Translations under genes and position numbers: made by a program
Notes under the pieces: generated by a model
Database searches by the model: none
Seen by the model: the letters and a program-made list of their open reading frames with translations, nothing else
What the model was told of the DNA's origin: nothing
IMG/VR virus record: IMGVR_UViG_3300034012_001519
Coordinates: 1-59,220 of that record
Strand: one strand, 5' to 3'
DNA: 59,220 nucleotides
From: a virus
Taxonomy: Duplodnaviria > Caudoviricetes
Part shown: positions 8,276 through 16,811 of the stretch, one piece after another
How the letters are laid out: the number at the start of each line of letters is the position of its first letter
Position numbering within the stretch: position 1 is the first letter of the stretch

Positions 8276-8674
8276 CTAGCAGACAGCGAAATCAAACACA
8301 TCATTGCCGTGCTTGTCTTGGGTAAGACGGGTGAACACGGTTGCCTGGCCGTTGCTCCAGAGAGGGTGAGTCCCGGCTGGGCAGTTGGCCTTGGCGAGGT
8401 CGATTCCGGCAGGCTGTGGGCACCAGTAGTGGACCCACATGTCATCAACATCTGCCGGCGTGTCGATAAGTTGCTGGAAGTACCGTGCCCCGATGCCGGC
8501 ACACATGCGACGAATGCACTGCATTATGTGACGGGGATCGGAGTCGGCATGCTTGCCCATGTCACGGAGCCCTTGGGCGCCGGCCATGAAGTCTGCAATG
8601 TTCACGGGCCCATAAACAGAGCCGTGAATGCCGAGCGTGTTGAACAAGTCCTGCATGATTTCGATCTCAGTCAT
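8276..8674 (-). CDS. Hypothetical early protein
   Basis: ORF in a coupled minus-strand array. Confidence 0.6.
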   Translation of the reverse strand: MTEIEIMQDLFNTLGIHGSVYGPVNIADFMAGAQGLRDMGKHADSDPRHIMQCIRRMCAGIGARYFQQLIDTPADVDDMWVHYWCPQPAGIDLAKANCPAGTHPLWSNGQATVFTRLTQDKHGNDVFDFAVC

Positions 8675-8907
8675 CACCACACCCCTTCTGTGAGAACTTC
8701 ATCCACCCCTCGCTTCGCCTCCACCAGCGTGCGATATTTCCCAGGAACAAACGGCCCATCATTCGCATCCGTGTAGTTGTGGGCACGGATGATGTAGCCC
8801 GTCCGTGTCTTCAGAAAGATTTCCTTCGACCGATCCGCCCAACTCTCAAAGTCCTCTTCGATCACCCGGCCACGGTAGGCCCAGGTCTTGGGCTCACTTC
8901 TTGACAT
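8674..8907 (-). CDS. Hypothetical early protein
   Basis: GGAGGTG SD; TGATG coupling. Confidence 0.6.
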   Translation of the reverse strand: MSRSEPKTWAYRGRVIEEDFESWADRSKEIFLKTRTGYIIRAHNYTDANDGPFVPGKYRTLVEAKRGVDEVLTEGVW

Positions 8908-9097
8908 CGGCCACCTCCTCCACCTCCACGGTAATGCCGTCGCCACGGCAGGCTTCGATCAGGATCTCGCCCACCTCATCGGTGAAGCGGTCGCCCACGT
9001 AGATTCCGCCCACCTCGCACCATCCTGTACACACGTACGGGTACTTGTGGCCGGGCTCATGGTCGAAACAAATCTTCCGATGCTTGCGAAACGCCAT
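8894..9097 (-). CDS. Hypothetical early protein
   Basis: GGAGGTGAGTGATG junction. Confidence 0.6.
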   Translation of the reverse strand: MAFRKHRKICFDHEPGHKYPYVCTGWCEVGGIYVGDRFTDEVGEILIEACRGDGITVEVEEVADVKK

Positions 9098-9576
9098 CAC
9101 TCACCTCCTACGCCGTTCAGGGTTTTAAACTTCGCCGTCAGCCGGACGCAATCCTCCCACAACTGTCGGAAATCATTGCGTTCCGTTGGGCTGTGCGTGT
9201 CATCAAGGTGGCACTGCTTCATCTGGGTGCCCATGGATTCCAACGCGCTGCACACAAGCTTGCGGTCATCTCCGTATACAGCGGCCGGGATGTACGGCCA
9301 CTGATCGCCATTGAGCCAGTAGTCGAAGTTGTCCACCTCATGCTCAGGCGTTACGAACGACACGCCGCGCCGCTTGGCCGCACGCTCAAAGTCAGTGCAT
9401 TCACTGTCCTCTTCCAAGTAGCAGAAGCCCCCTCGCCGCGGGAAGTCTATGCCTAGGCCGAGCTCCTTACACAGAGAGTGCGGCACCTCCAGCCAGCCGT
9501 GGCAGGGATCGGAGATGAACCGCATCGTCACGCTCTTCGGCTTTGTCTTCTTCTTCGCCGCCTTCTTCTTAGCCAT
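9097..9576 (-). CDS. Conserved phage hypothetical protein (DPxHGWLxV...YLEED)
   Basis: Recognisable phage motif; GGAGGTGCGTGATG junction. Confidence 0.7.
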   Translation of the reverse strand: MAKKKAAKKKTKPKSVTMRFISDPCHGWLEVPHSLCKELGLGIDFPRRGGFCYLEEDSECTDFERAAKRRGVSFVTPEHEVDNFDYWLNGDQWPYIPAAVYGDDRKLVCSALESMGTQMKQCHLDDTHSPTERNDFRQLWEDCVRLTAKFKTLNGVGGE

Positions 9577-9806
9577 CACGCACCTCCCGTGGCATGGGCA
9601 TTGCGAAAGTCACGGCTCAGATTAGCGGGAGCGGCCACGCCAACGTCGCCCATCGCATTAATGATGGCAAAGCACCTGCCATTCTGAGGTTGCCACTCGG
9701 CAATCCACCACGGAACCCGAGAGTTGCCGACCCAAAAAACCATGTCGCCAGCCTTGCCTGGGATGCCGTCGATCTCCGGCCCCACACTCCAGAACTCTTC
9801 AGTCAT
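9576..9806 (-). CDS. Hypothetical early protein
   Basis: Strong SD; coupled. Confidence 0.6.
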   Translation of the reverse strand: MTEEFWSVGPEIDGIPGKAGDMVFWVGNSRVPWWIAEWQPQNGRCFAIINAMGDVGVAAPANLSRDFRNAHATGGA

Positions 9807-9817
9807 CACTCACCTCC

Positions 9818-10012
9818 TTAAAAAGGAACCACCTGTTTCTGTTCGACATCCTTCAGCACATTCAGCACCACCCGTGCCTGGTTGAACACATGGGTGGCGT
9901 TGTCATCTTCCGGCCCGAACATGATCTGGTCACGGGCCTCCTCCAAGTCACGCTCCACAGCATCCTTGATGTACAGGAAGTGCTGCGGAGTCAGTGTCAG
10001 TGTGATCATCAT
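9818..10012 (-). CDS. Hypothetical early protein (xLTLT N-terminus)
   Basis: GGAGG SD. Confidence 0.6.
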   Translation of the reverse strand: MMITLTLTPQHFLYIKDAVERDLEEARDQIMFGPEDDNATHVFNQARVVLNVLKDVEQKQVVPF

Positions 10013-10146
10013 GCCTCCTCCAAAAGAAAACGCCGAATCTTTTCGTAAAGATCCGGCTCCACCTCCCGCACAAGTCGCTCCGCCTGCACAAGCAAGGCGA
10101 TAGCGTAGTCTACTGTCTGGTCAGTCCACCCGTCGATCCTTCCCAT
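10009..10146 (-). CDS. Small hypothetical protein (45 aa, not in ORF track)
   Basis: MGRIDGWTDQ...FLLEEA*; GGAGGG SD; ATGA overlap with the next gene. Confidence 0.5.
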   Translation of the reverse strand: MGRIDGWTDQTVDYAIALLVQAERLVREVEPDLYEKIRRFLLEEA

Positions 10147-10439
10147 AGGTTCCCTCCTTCAGCGAACTCAATCGCATGCCGTGCCGCCCGGCATGTCTCA
10201 TCCTCCAGGTCATCCCAGTCCCCGAGGTAGATCAGCAGTTCTTTGCAGGCGTCCAGGAGCAGCGGTGCCGCAGCTAGCAGTCGGGCATTGGCATCCGCCT
10301 CGCCGTCCTCCTTGGCAAACACCCCGCACACCGCACCGATCCGGCGGTGATCCTGCACGCAGTCGTACATGATCTTGTGGGTGTGGTGAGAGTCGGTCGG
10401 CGTGGGCAGCACGGACCACGGTCCAGGTGTATGTGCCAT
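10110..10439 (-). CDS. Phage protein of the HTPGPW...ANARLIAAAP type
   Basis: MAHTPGPW and ANARLLAAAPLLLDAC motifs. Confidence 0.75.
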   Translation of the reverse strand: MAHTPGPWSVLPTPTDSHHTHKIMYDCVQDHRRIGAVCGVFAKEDGEADANARLLAAAPLLLDACKELLIYLGDWDDLEDETCRAARHAIEFAEGGNLWEGSTGGLTRQ

Positions 10440-10666
10440 CACGCATCCTCCGGTTCTTCGTAGTCCTCGGCCTCCCAGTAGCACGGCGCCACTGGCTCTC
10501 CAGTGAAGTGAGCGATAGCCTGCTTCGCCCGCAGAATGATGTCGCGTTGCGAATGGGAGTCCATCCCGGACTGCTCATGGCATTCGGTGTCGTATTCATA
10601 CTCCTCCAGCATGTCAGCCAACGCACTGTGCAATTCGCACGCGGCAGACGGATTGGTAATGCCCAT
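10439..10666 (-). CDS. Hypothetical early protein
   Basis: Coupled; SD present. Confidence 0.55.
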   Translation of the reverse strand: MGITNPSAACELHSALADMLEEYEYDTECHEQSGMDSHSQRDIILRAKQAIAHFTGEPVAPCYWEAEDYEEPEDA

Positions 10667-10911
10667 CACTCCCTCCCTTCTGCTAGTGCAATGGCGTCCT
10701 CGCAAACCTTGCGAGCGTTGCCGACGCGGTTCATCGCCCGCTGTAGCGTGTGAGCATCGTCCACGCCGACATAATCCAAGGCGCAATGGCACTGAGCAAT
10801 GACGCGGTGCAAGGCGCGCAGCATCTCCGGTGCCGCCGCCATCAGCCGCTGGCTCTCTCTCTTGTCTCTCCCCCGCAGGATGCTGGGGTATTCACTGTCA
10901 GCAAATGGCAT
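10666..10911 (-). CDS. Phage protein with an RLMAAAPEML motif
   Basis: Motif related to 10110-10439. Confidence 0.6.
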   Translation of the reverse strand: MPFADSEYPSILRGRDKRESQRLMAAAPEMLRALHRVIAQCHCALDYVGVDDAHTLQRAMNRVGNARKVCEDAIALAEGRE

Positions 10912-11021
10912 CACTCGTCCTCCTCATGGGCCCACTCATAATCCCCAGGCTCCTCGCTGGGGTCATTGATCCACGGCCACAGCATCTCTTCCTGCTGCAA
11001 CTGTTCGTAGTCGATATCCAT
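10911..11021 (-). CDS. Small acidic protein (36 aa, not in ORF track)
   Basis: MDIDYEQLQQEE...HEEDE*; GAGGTG SD; TGATG coupling. Confidence 0.5.
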   Translation of the reverse strand: MDIDYEQLQQEEMLWPWINDPSEEPGDYEWAHEEDE

Positions 11022-11042
11022 TGGCACACCTCATGTCATGGG

Positions 11043-11321
11043 TTACGAAGAACACCACCCACCTACCACCCATCCATCCGCAAACTGCACGGCGACCGGA
11101 GGCTCCCACTTGTCATGGTTTTCCATGACGTACTGCACTGCCTCTTCCTGGGTGCTGAGTTTCCTTGGGTGCCACTGGATCTCGCCGCCCAGCATCCCGA
11201 TGCACCCGCTGTACGAACTGCCGCTCTCCCGCAGGCTGCCGTCCACGGCCTCCGCCCACGCCTTGCGGATCTCGCTCTTGTCGAACGTGCGGTACGTTAG
11301 GAAGTCGAACTCTGCACCCAT
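11043..11321 (-). CDS. Conserved phage hypothetical protein (MGA...YSG.IG...DKW...GGWCSS)
   Basis: Recognisable small phage family pattern. Confidence 0.7.
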   Translation of the reverse strand: MGAEFDFLTYRTFDKSEIRKAWAEAVDGSLRESGSSYSGCIGMLGGEIQWHPRKLSTQEEAVQYVMENHDKWEPPVAVQFADGWVVGGWCSS

Positions 11322-12009
11322 TGAGTGGCCCTCGCTGCAACAGATAGGCCATCGCCTGCTCGCCAACGTGGCGAGTGTACGCAGGCGGGAAGCCCTCCTT
11401 CAGTTCGTTCCATGTGATCTGGCGGGTGACGCCCATCGCATCACGCCCTTCCTCCACTGTCTTGGCAGTGGAGCCACCGATCACCAACTTGCCAGTCTTC
11501 TTGCACACCCCTTTGCAGGTGTCGCCCATGGTGTGGTACACGCCCACGGGTTTGCCCTGCTCCTTGTGCTTGCAGCCTGATCCCACCAGGGGGAAGGACG
11601 CCAGGAACAGTCGATGTCTGCGGACCTTGAGCCCATAGGCCGAGCCGCATTCGATCACCGCACCCTCCATCCCGGGTGCGCCGACCACATTCTCCACCAC
11701 CCACGGCACACCGCAGTCTCGCAGCAACTCCAGGGTCGGAGTCAGCAGGTCATCGTACTTACTCTTGCCGCCTTGTGCTTCCCGCAGATGCTTGGCCCGG
11801 GTGTGGGCCTGGCATGGAGGGGACGCATGGATCAGGTCGAACTCCCGCAGATACTCCCGATCTTCCAGCACATCCAAGGCACTGCCCCGATGGAACTGGA
11901 ACGGGTAGCTCGGCTGATGCCGCACATCCCATCCGACCACATCGAACCCCGCATCGTAGTACCCATCTGCCGCCATCCCCGCTCCGCAGTACAGGTCTAG
12001 TACCCGCAT
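11113..12009 (-). CDS. DNA cytosine-5 methyltransferase (phage type)
   Basis: Motif I LDLYCGAG, motif IV ASPPCQ, motif VI VENV, motif VIII RRHRLF. Confidence 0.9.
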   Translation of the reverse strand: MRVLDLYCGAGMAADGYYDAGFDVVGWDVRHQPSYPFQFHRGSALDVLEDREYLREFDLIHASPPCQAHTRAKHLREAQGGKSKYDDLLTPTLELLRDCGVPWVVENVVGAPGMEGAVIECGSAYGLKVRRHRLFLASFPLVGSGCKHKEQGKPVGVYHTMGDTCKGVCKKTGKLVIGGSTAKTVEEGRDAMGVTRQITWNELKEGFPPAYTRHVGEQAMAYLLQRGPLNGCRVRLPNVPHVRQERDPQGVGGGRGRQPAGERQFVQRVHRDAGRRDPVAPKETQHPGRGSAVRHGKP

Positions 12010-12257
12010 CATCCCACCTCATGCTTGGCGTAATCGTCCCACAGTCGCCGCTCCACATCGCCACGCGATCCCGTGTACTCCGACCGACCGATGTGCGTGA
12101 AGTATGTGTCGCCATCCAGCCGGACGATGATGCCCGGGGCGTATGTCCACACCTCTTGCCATCCGGCCGGCACGTAGCCGAAGTTATCGCGCATCAGCCA
12201 CTCCTTGAAGCCGTCCTGCGCACGCACCCGCGTGTCTTCCCATTCCTCAAAGGTCAT
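12009..12257 (-). CDS. Hypothetical early protein
   Basis: Coupled; SD present. Confidence 0.6.
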   Translation of the reverse strand: MTFEEWEDTRVRAQDGFKEWLMRDNFGYVPAGWQEVWTYAPGIIVRLDGDTYFTHIGRSEYTGSRGDVERRLWDDYAKHEVG

Positions 12258-12526
12258 CACGCATCCTCCTCTTCGTATGGCTCGTCGCCAGCATGGGCTT
12301 GGAGCCAGTCATCCAGGTCTTCGGCGGTTAGGTTGAATGCCGTGTCCGGGTCGCCAAGGCATGCGGCCAATCCGTCCAGCTCGCTGCTGTCAACGTCGAA
12401 TCCGATGGCCTTCTCCAGTTCGCTTGAGCGATCCCACAACTGGAGTTTGTGAAACATCATCTGCTGGAATGCACCAAGTGCCTCGTCGGTAATGCGGAAC
12501 GTGCGATTCTCTTGTCGTTCGTTCAT
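12257..12526 (-). CDS. Hypothetical acidic early protein
   Basis: Coupled; SD present. Confidence 0.6.
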   Translation of the reverse strand: MNERQENRTFRITDEALGAFQQMMFHKLQLWDRSSELEKAIGFDVDSSELDGLAACLGDPDTAFNLTAEDLDDWLQAHAGDEPYEEEDA

Positions 12527-12699
12527 CACGCAATCTCCAGTAGTTGAAGGATGTCTTGCAGCCTCTCGCGGATGTGAACCAGGCCGATGGCATCGACCGG
12601 ATCCTCACGCCGAATTGTTTCATCCAGGTCATCGATCCGTGCCTGGATGGTGTCCAGCAACTCCTCGGCCTGCTCGTCGGTCAGTTCAATCTTGGGCAT
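12526..12699 (-). CDS. Small protein MPKIELTDEQ... (paralog family, not in ORF track)
   Basis: 57-aa ORF; TGATG coupling; N-terminus shared with the two upstream genes. Confidence 0.6.
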   Translation of the reverse strand: MPKIELTDEQAEELLDTIQARIDDLDETIRREDPVDAIGLVHIRERLQDILQLLEIA

Positions 12700-12877
12700 G
12701 AGAATGCTCCAGTTTTGGTAGTGCCGCTGAAAGAATCGCCAGGTTCTGCCTCGCCCGCTGGTGATCCAGTCTTGCGGGCTCTGTATCTTCTATGAACTCT
12801 TTCGTCGCATCGATATGGTCGATGACAACAATCCGAATGGCACGCACCTCATCGTCTGTCAGTTCAATGCTTGGCAC
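12686..12877 (-). CDS. Small protein (M)PSIELTDDE... (paralog family)
   Basis: GTG start after GGAGG. Confidence 0.6.
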   Translation of the reverse strand: MPSIELTDDEVRAIRIVVIDHIDATKEFIEDTEPARLDHQRARQNLAILSAALPKLEHSHAQD

Positions 12878-13058
12878 GTTTGGCCTCCGCAATCTTGTAA
12901 AGGATGGAATCCAATAGGCGAGCCGCCTTGGCGTAGGAGTCATGGTCCCTGTCGCCCTTGGGGTATCGCCGCAACATTTCGGCAACGTTCTCCTGCTCAA
13001 CAGTCAGGCAACCCCAAACCTCATTCAATTCGGCCTTTGTCAATTCAAGCGTTGGCAT
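12864..13058 (-). CDS. Small protein MPTLELTKAE... (paralog family)
   Basis: GGAGGTG SD. Confidence 0.6.
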   Translation of the reverse strand: MPTLELTKAELNEVWGCLTVEQENVAEMLRRYPKGDRDHDSYAKAARLLDSILYKIAEAKRAKH

Positions 13059-13263
13059 TGATCACCTCCAGCGGGACGTTCCCGCGTTCAGGATCGAACC
13101 CATAGTTTACCTCATCATCCACCTCGTCCACCCGGTAGTCCGATGGCATGAACCACCGGCTCATCAACTCCAAGGCCGACTGCTCGGCCTCTGCATAAGT
13201 GGCAAACCGCAGGGCATTGCCAGCCCACTCACGCCCGACCAGAAACATGGGGCGATAACTCAT
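13045..13263 (-). CDS. Conserved phage hypothetical protein (W.GNALRFAT..EA)
   Basis: Recognisable motif; coupled. Confidence 0.65.
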   Translation of the reverse strand: MSYRPMFLVGREWAGNALRFATYAEAEQSALELMSRWFMPSDYRVDEVDDEVNYGFDPERGNVPLEVINANA

Positions 13264-13481
13264 CACGCAACCTCCACATTGCACTCGGTTTCGATCCACA
13301 CCCTGGCCCCACAGGCCAGCGGACAGTCAGGTTCATAGCGCACCACGCATGGTCCATCGATCCGCACGGAGTGGGCGTAGCGATTGTCCTTGTAGGTCTT
13401 CACCGTCAGGACAGGGTCACGCATCCCGTGCTTGTCGTTGGCCTTGATGATGTGCTGATTGACATGGACTATCGTCTTCAC
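13263..13481 (-). CDS. Conserved phage hypothetical protein (IHVNQH...PL.CGARVWIET)
   Basis: Recognisable widespread phage motif. Confidence 0.75.
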   Translation of the reverse strand: MKTIVHVNQHIIKANDKHGMRDPVLTVKTYKDNRYAHSVRIDGPCVVRYEPDCPLACGARVWIETECNVEVA

Positions 13482-13493
13482 GGCTGACTCCTT

Positions 13494-13718
13494 TCAGGAA
13501 ACTCCCTCAAAGATCCACTGGTTGTGGCTGCACGGAGCCTCCATCTGCTCCACCGTGCATTCGTCCCCCTCAAACCGCTGATGGTGAGATGCGAACACAT
13601 GAGCCTTGGCCTTGGTGAAAGGGCCGTAGACATCCGTGAACACATTCAGACCACGCCGCTTGAGCGCAATCACCACATGATCCTGCTTGGATTCCTTCGC
13701 CTGCTTGCGTGCAGCCAT
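13494..13718 (-). CDS. Hypothetical early protein
   Basis: ORF in array. Confidence 0.55.
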   Translation of the reverse strand: MAARKQAKESKQDHVVIALKRRGLNVFTDVYGPFTKAKAHVFASHHQRFEGDECTVEQMEAPCSHNQWIFEGVS

Positions 13719-13719
13719 C

Positions 13720-13848
13720 TCAATTCTCCGTTCGCACTAGGTACACCCGATGCCCATGGATGGAACGCCAAGTCCGCATCCATTCCTCTGCCTCCCAGCG
13801 GTCACTGAACGTCGCCAGGATTTCCTTCCGTGTTCGCACTGCCCACAT
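13720..13848 (-). CDS. Small hypothetical protein
   Basis: GGAGGTG SD before MWAVRT... Confidence 0.5.
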   Translation of the reverse strand: MWAVRTRKEILATFSDRWEAEEWMRTWRSIHGHRVYLVRTEN

Positions 13849-14281
13849 CCGACACCTCCTTGTGCTTGGCAAACATCGCCCGCAGCTGTCTCCGTACAGC
13901 CCGGGTTTCACCGGCCTTCAGCCGGGCCAGCCGGCCGACCTCGGCGGGATGCCACAGGCAGTTAGTCGGCCACCACTCCTCCCACCACGCATCGCCCTCG
14001 TCGCACGGCTCGCCAATCTTTTGGCATGCCTGGGCGTAACGCTCCATGTACAGGGCTCCGGGCTCTCGGACTGACGGGATGTCCACCTCGTCCTCGTCAT
14101 CCGCCTCGGCGGTGGCTGCGATGGTGCGCAGAAACCACAAGGCATCCACCAGACGGCGAAGAACCTCACCTTCCATGTCGCCGCCGCTGTCATCCATCGC
14201 CACCTGCATGATCATCTCCGACAGCCCCTCGGCAGTCGGATAGTCATCACTGAATCGGAACATGCTGTATTCCAGGCTCAT
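13802..14281 (-). CDS. Hypothetical early protein
   Basis: GGAGGTGAGCGATG junction. Confidence 0.6.
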   Translation of the reverse strand: MSLEYSMFRFSDDYPTAEGLSEMIMQVAMDDSGGDMEGEVLRRLVDALWFLRTIAATAEADDEDEVDIPSVREPGALYMERYAQACQKIGEPCDEGDAWWEEWWPTNCLWHPAEVGRLARLKAGETRAVRRQLRAMFAKHKEVSDVGSANTEGNPGDVQ

Positions 14282-14284
14282 CGC

Positions 14285-14530
14285 TCACCTCCTGAACCAG
14301 CGAAACTCGGTGACAATATCGTCCACTATCGACCAGTCTTTCTTGCCGTGCGACTTAATGAACGCGGCTCGCAGGCAGAGGTACTCCAGCTTGTCTCGCC
14401 GCGTATCGAACTCTTCCATGATCTCGCGTGCGATGGCCGCGAGGCTGGCCTCCGCCCGCCATTCTTCGCAGTACTTGGCCGCCTTCGCCTGCGCCTCACG
14501 GGCGGCCTTAGTTGTCATGGACAGCGCCAT
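14285..14530 (-). CDS. Hypothetical early protein
   Basis: GGAGGTGAGCGATG junction. Confidence 0.6.
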   Translation of the reverse strand: MALSMTTKAAREAQAKAAKYCEEWRAEASLAAIAREIMEEFDTRRDKLEYLCLRAAFIKSHGKKDWSIVDDIVTEFRWFRR

Positions 14531-14639
14531 CGCTCACCTCCTCGGGTTCGACGGTAAACACCCAACCACATGCCCGACAGCAGGCATGCCAGAGAGAACC
14601 CAGCGGGGCAGCCCAGGCCACCTCGCAGCAGTCACACAT
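14508..14639 (-). CDS. Small zinc-ribbon-like protein (not in ORF track)
   Basis: MCDCC...CCRACGW, 43 aa; fills a gap in the array. Confidence 0.45.
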   Translation of the reverse strand: MCDCCEVAWAAPLGSLWHACCRACGWVFTVEPEEVSDGAVHDN

Positions 14640-14817
14640 CGGACACATCGTCGGCCTCCGTGTACTCAGACTCGTCTAGTTCCCGGGAGGCCGTTGGCTC
14701 CAGGTCACCCTTGTCGGCCTGCTCTGCCAGATATGTCCAGGCCGCACCAAGAGCCTCTTCATATGTCTCGGCAGCCTGAACGCACATGAACGTAAACTCC
14801 CAGACCTTCTCAGGCAT
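14632..14817 (-). CDS. Hypothetical acidic early protein
   Basis: GGAGGTGCGTGATG junction. Confidence 0.55.
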   Translation of the reverse strand: MPEKVWEFTFMCVQAAETYEEALGAAWTYLAEQADKGDLEPTASRELDESEYTEADDVSDV

Positions 14818-14829
14818 CACGCACCTCCG

Positions 14830-15168
14830 TTAGTCCATCCGGCCACAGTCGTACACACCCAGCACACCATGCTCCGCGAGCATTCCCAGTGGCAGGTGAC
14901 GGGTCCGATCTGCCTCCAGATCACCCTGTGTCCATGTCCATGAGATGACCTGCCGCCGTTCGGGCTTACGCTTGCCCGGTCGCAGGTAGTACACCGACAC
15001 GCCGACACCGAGGCAGCATGAACCCTCATCCCGGCTGCCTCGCCGCTGCCATTCCTTCGCCCACTCCAACCGCACGCGGTCGAAGGTGGGCAGCAGGCTG
15101 TCCAGATCATCAGGCTCCAGGGCCAGGACGAAATCCTTGGAGCCTTTGTATGTCTCAACTCGTCGCAT
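14830..15168 (-). CDS. Hypothetical early protein
   Basis: GAGGTG SD. Confidence 0.6.
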   Translation of the reverse strand: MRRVETYKGSKDFVLALEPDDLDSLLPTFDRVRLEWAKEWQRRGSRDEGSCCLGVGVSVYYLRPGKRKPERRQVISWTWTQGDLEADRTRHLPLGMLAEHGVLGVYDCGRMD

Positions 15169-15520
15169 TGGGCACCTCGTTGCCAAGGGATTCCGCCAAT
15201 TCACGCATCCACTCCTGATCCTCGGGGTGCATGGACGCATACTGCGGAACCAAGTCCTCCCAGAATCCCTCCACGCCCTTGTATGGGCTGGAGTAGAACC
15301 TTTGCAGACCGCCGCCACGCAGCATGCAGACTTCGTAGTTCTCGTTGACCAAGAACACGTATCCGCTGCTGCGATTGAATGCGAACTTCACGCCCTCGTC
15401 ATCGAAGTCATCGGGCAGTCCGCGCTCATCCCAGGCTTTCAGTATGGCCAGCATCAGACCACGCTCCCGCGAGCAAGCCATGATGTCGGCCACATTTTCC
15501 GTGTATGTGTCTTCCCGCAT
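15155..15520 (-). CDS. Conserved phage hypothetical protein (FNxxSGYVFLVN)
   Basis: GAGGTGTGACATG junction; recognisable motif. Confidence 0.7.
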   Translation of the reverse strand: MREDTYTENVADIMACSRERGLMLAILKAWDERGLPDDFDDEGVKFAFNRSSGYVFLVNENYEVCMLRGGGLQRFYSSPYKGVEGFWEDLVPQYASMHPEDQEWMRELAESLGNEVPNATS

Positions 15521-15521
15521 G

Positions 15522-16046
15522 TCACACCTCCACGCCTTGGTTAGGAACCCATGTACGCCACCCGTCTCCTGTAAACTTGCCCATGCACTCCTTCTCAATC
15601 ACCTCGCACACCATGTCAGAGACATCGGTGAAGGGCTTCTTGCCTCGGAGTTGTGCCAGCCGCCTTCGCCATTCGTCGGCCGCAGGCTCGTCTCCATGCT
15701 TACCGATCATCTTCCGCAACCAGGCTCGGCTTTCGTCCAGGTCTTCCTGGCTGTGGCACAGCGCGTAGATCACGCTCGCCGGTATGCGGGAGCCTGGCAC
15801 ATCACCATCCTCGGCGTAGTCTCCAACGGTGACGATGCGATCACCTGCCCACCGACCGATGGCAGGATGCGGATTGAGATCCCCGCCACCCCTCGGCTCT
15901 GGCATCGCTGCCGTCAGGATGAATAACGCCACCGGGGTTCCCGGCGGATTGTTGACTTGCTCCCACAACTTCATGCCGCCGCCCAACTTGTGCGGGCAGA
16001 TGAACTCCCGCTTATCTAAGTTGACCGTCTTCCAGTACTGCCCCAT
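15522..16046 (-). CDS. Conserved phage hypothetical protein (MGQY..VNLDK.E...WAGDRIV.VGDY)
   Basis: Recognisable widespread motif. Confidence 0.75.
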   Translation of the reverse strand: MGQYWKTVNLDKREFICPHKLGGGMKLWEQVNNPPGTPVALFILTAAMPEPRGGGDLNPHPAIGRWAGDRIVTVGDYAEDGDVPGSRIPASVIYALCHSQEDLDESRAWLRKMIGKHGDEPAADEWRRRLAQLRGKKPFTDVSDMVCEVIEKECMGKFTGDGWRTWVPNQGVEV

Positions 16047-16047
16047 G

Positions 16048-16221
16048 TCACACCTCCTCCGCCAATTCGGCGTAGTCTCCAAGGATTAGGTCGATCTCTT
16101 CGCCTGTACCACAGGCTTCCAGTTGGTCGTACAGGTCGGATGCCTCATCGCCCTGCATGAACACGGTGCCGTTGTCGAACTTCAACAACAGCCCGTATCC
16201 CAGCCAGTCGTAGTCGGCCAT
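16048..16221 (-). CDS. Small acidic hypothetical protein
   Basis: Bounded by identical junctions. Confidence 0.6.
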   Translation of the reverse strand: MADYDWLGYGLLLKFDNGTVFMQGDEASDLYDQLEACGTGEEIDLILGDYAELAEEV

Positions 16222-16222
16222 G

Positions 16223-16453
16223 TCACACCTTTGCCATTGGGGGGATATAAAACCTGCCATCATCACGCTTCCGGGCATTGACAGCAGCCAGCCCGCCGAC
16301 CCGCTGAAACACCTGATCCAGCAGCCAGTAAGACTCAGCGGACAAGCCCGCATCGTCCTCCAGCAGCCGGATCGCCAGGTTGTGCAGGTCGATCCGCAGC
16401 TCACGCAGATCGTCAGCCGCATGCACAAGGCGGCTTGTCAGACTCTTCCGCAT
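16223..16453 (-). CDS. Hypothetical early protein
   Basis: Bounded by identical junctions. Confidence 0.6.
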   Translation of the reverse strand: MRKSLTSRLVHAADDLRELRIDLHNLAIRLLEDDAGLSAESYWLLDQVFQRVGGLAAVNARKRDDGRFYIPPMAKV

Positions 16454-16454
16454 G

Positions 16455-16589
16455 TCACACCTCCCGGCCACGCATGGCCGCTTCTCGGGACGCAAAGCCA
16501 GACGTATGGCACCACTCGCCATCCACTTGGCGTTCCATGCGAACCCAGCACCGCAGTTCGTTTGAGTAATAAGCATCTACTAACCGCAT
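16455..16589 (-). CDS. Small hypothetical protein
   Basis: Bounded by identical junctions. Confidence 0.55.
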   Translation of the reverse strand: MRLVDAYYSNELRCWVRMERQVDGEWCHTSGFASREAAMRGREV

Positions 16590-16590
16590 G

Positions 16591-16803
16591 TCACACCTCC
16601 TGGCTGTCGTAGTATTCGCGGTATGCCCCATCGGCATCACCTAGGTAAGACCACACCACCTCGCAGCCCGGGTAAGCGTTCAGGCACTGCTCGTCGGCGT
16701 GGTCGAAATCCTCTGCCCAGCAAAGGAAAGCCTCCGGCGGATCGGCAGGCGGAGAGGCGGCAGCCCGATAAAGTACTGCCCATCTGTCTAACCCATCGAT
16801 CAT
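16591..16803 (-). CDS. Conserved phage hypothetical protein (F.C.AED.DHA.EQC..AYP)
   Basis: Bounded by identical junctions; recognisable motif. Confidence 0.65.
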   Translation of the reverse strand: MIDGLDRWAVLYRAAASPPADPPEAFLCWAEDFDHADEQCLNAYPGCEVVWSYLGDADGAYREYYDSQEV

Positions 16804-16811
16804 GTCACACC

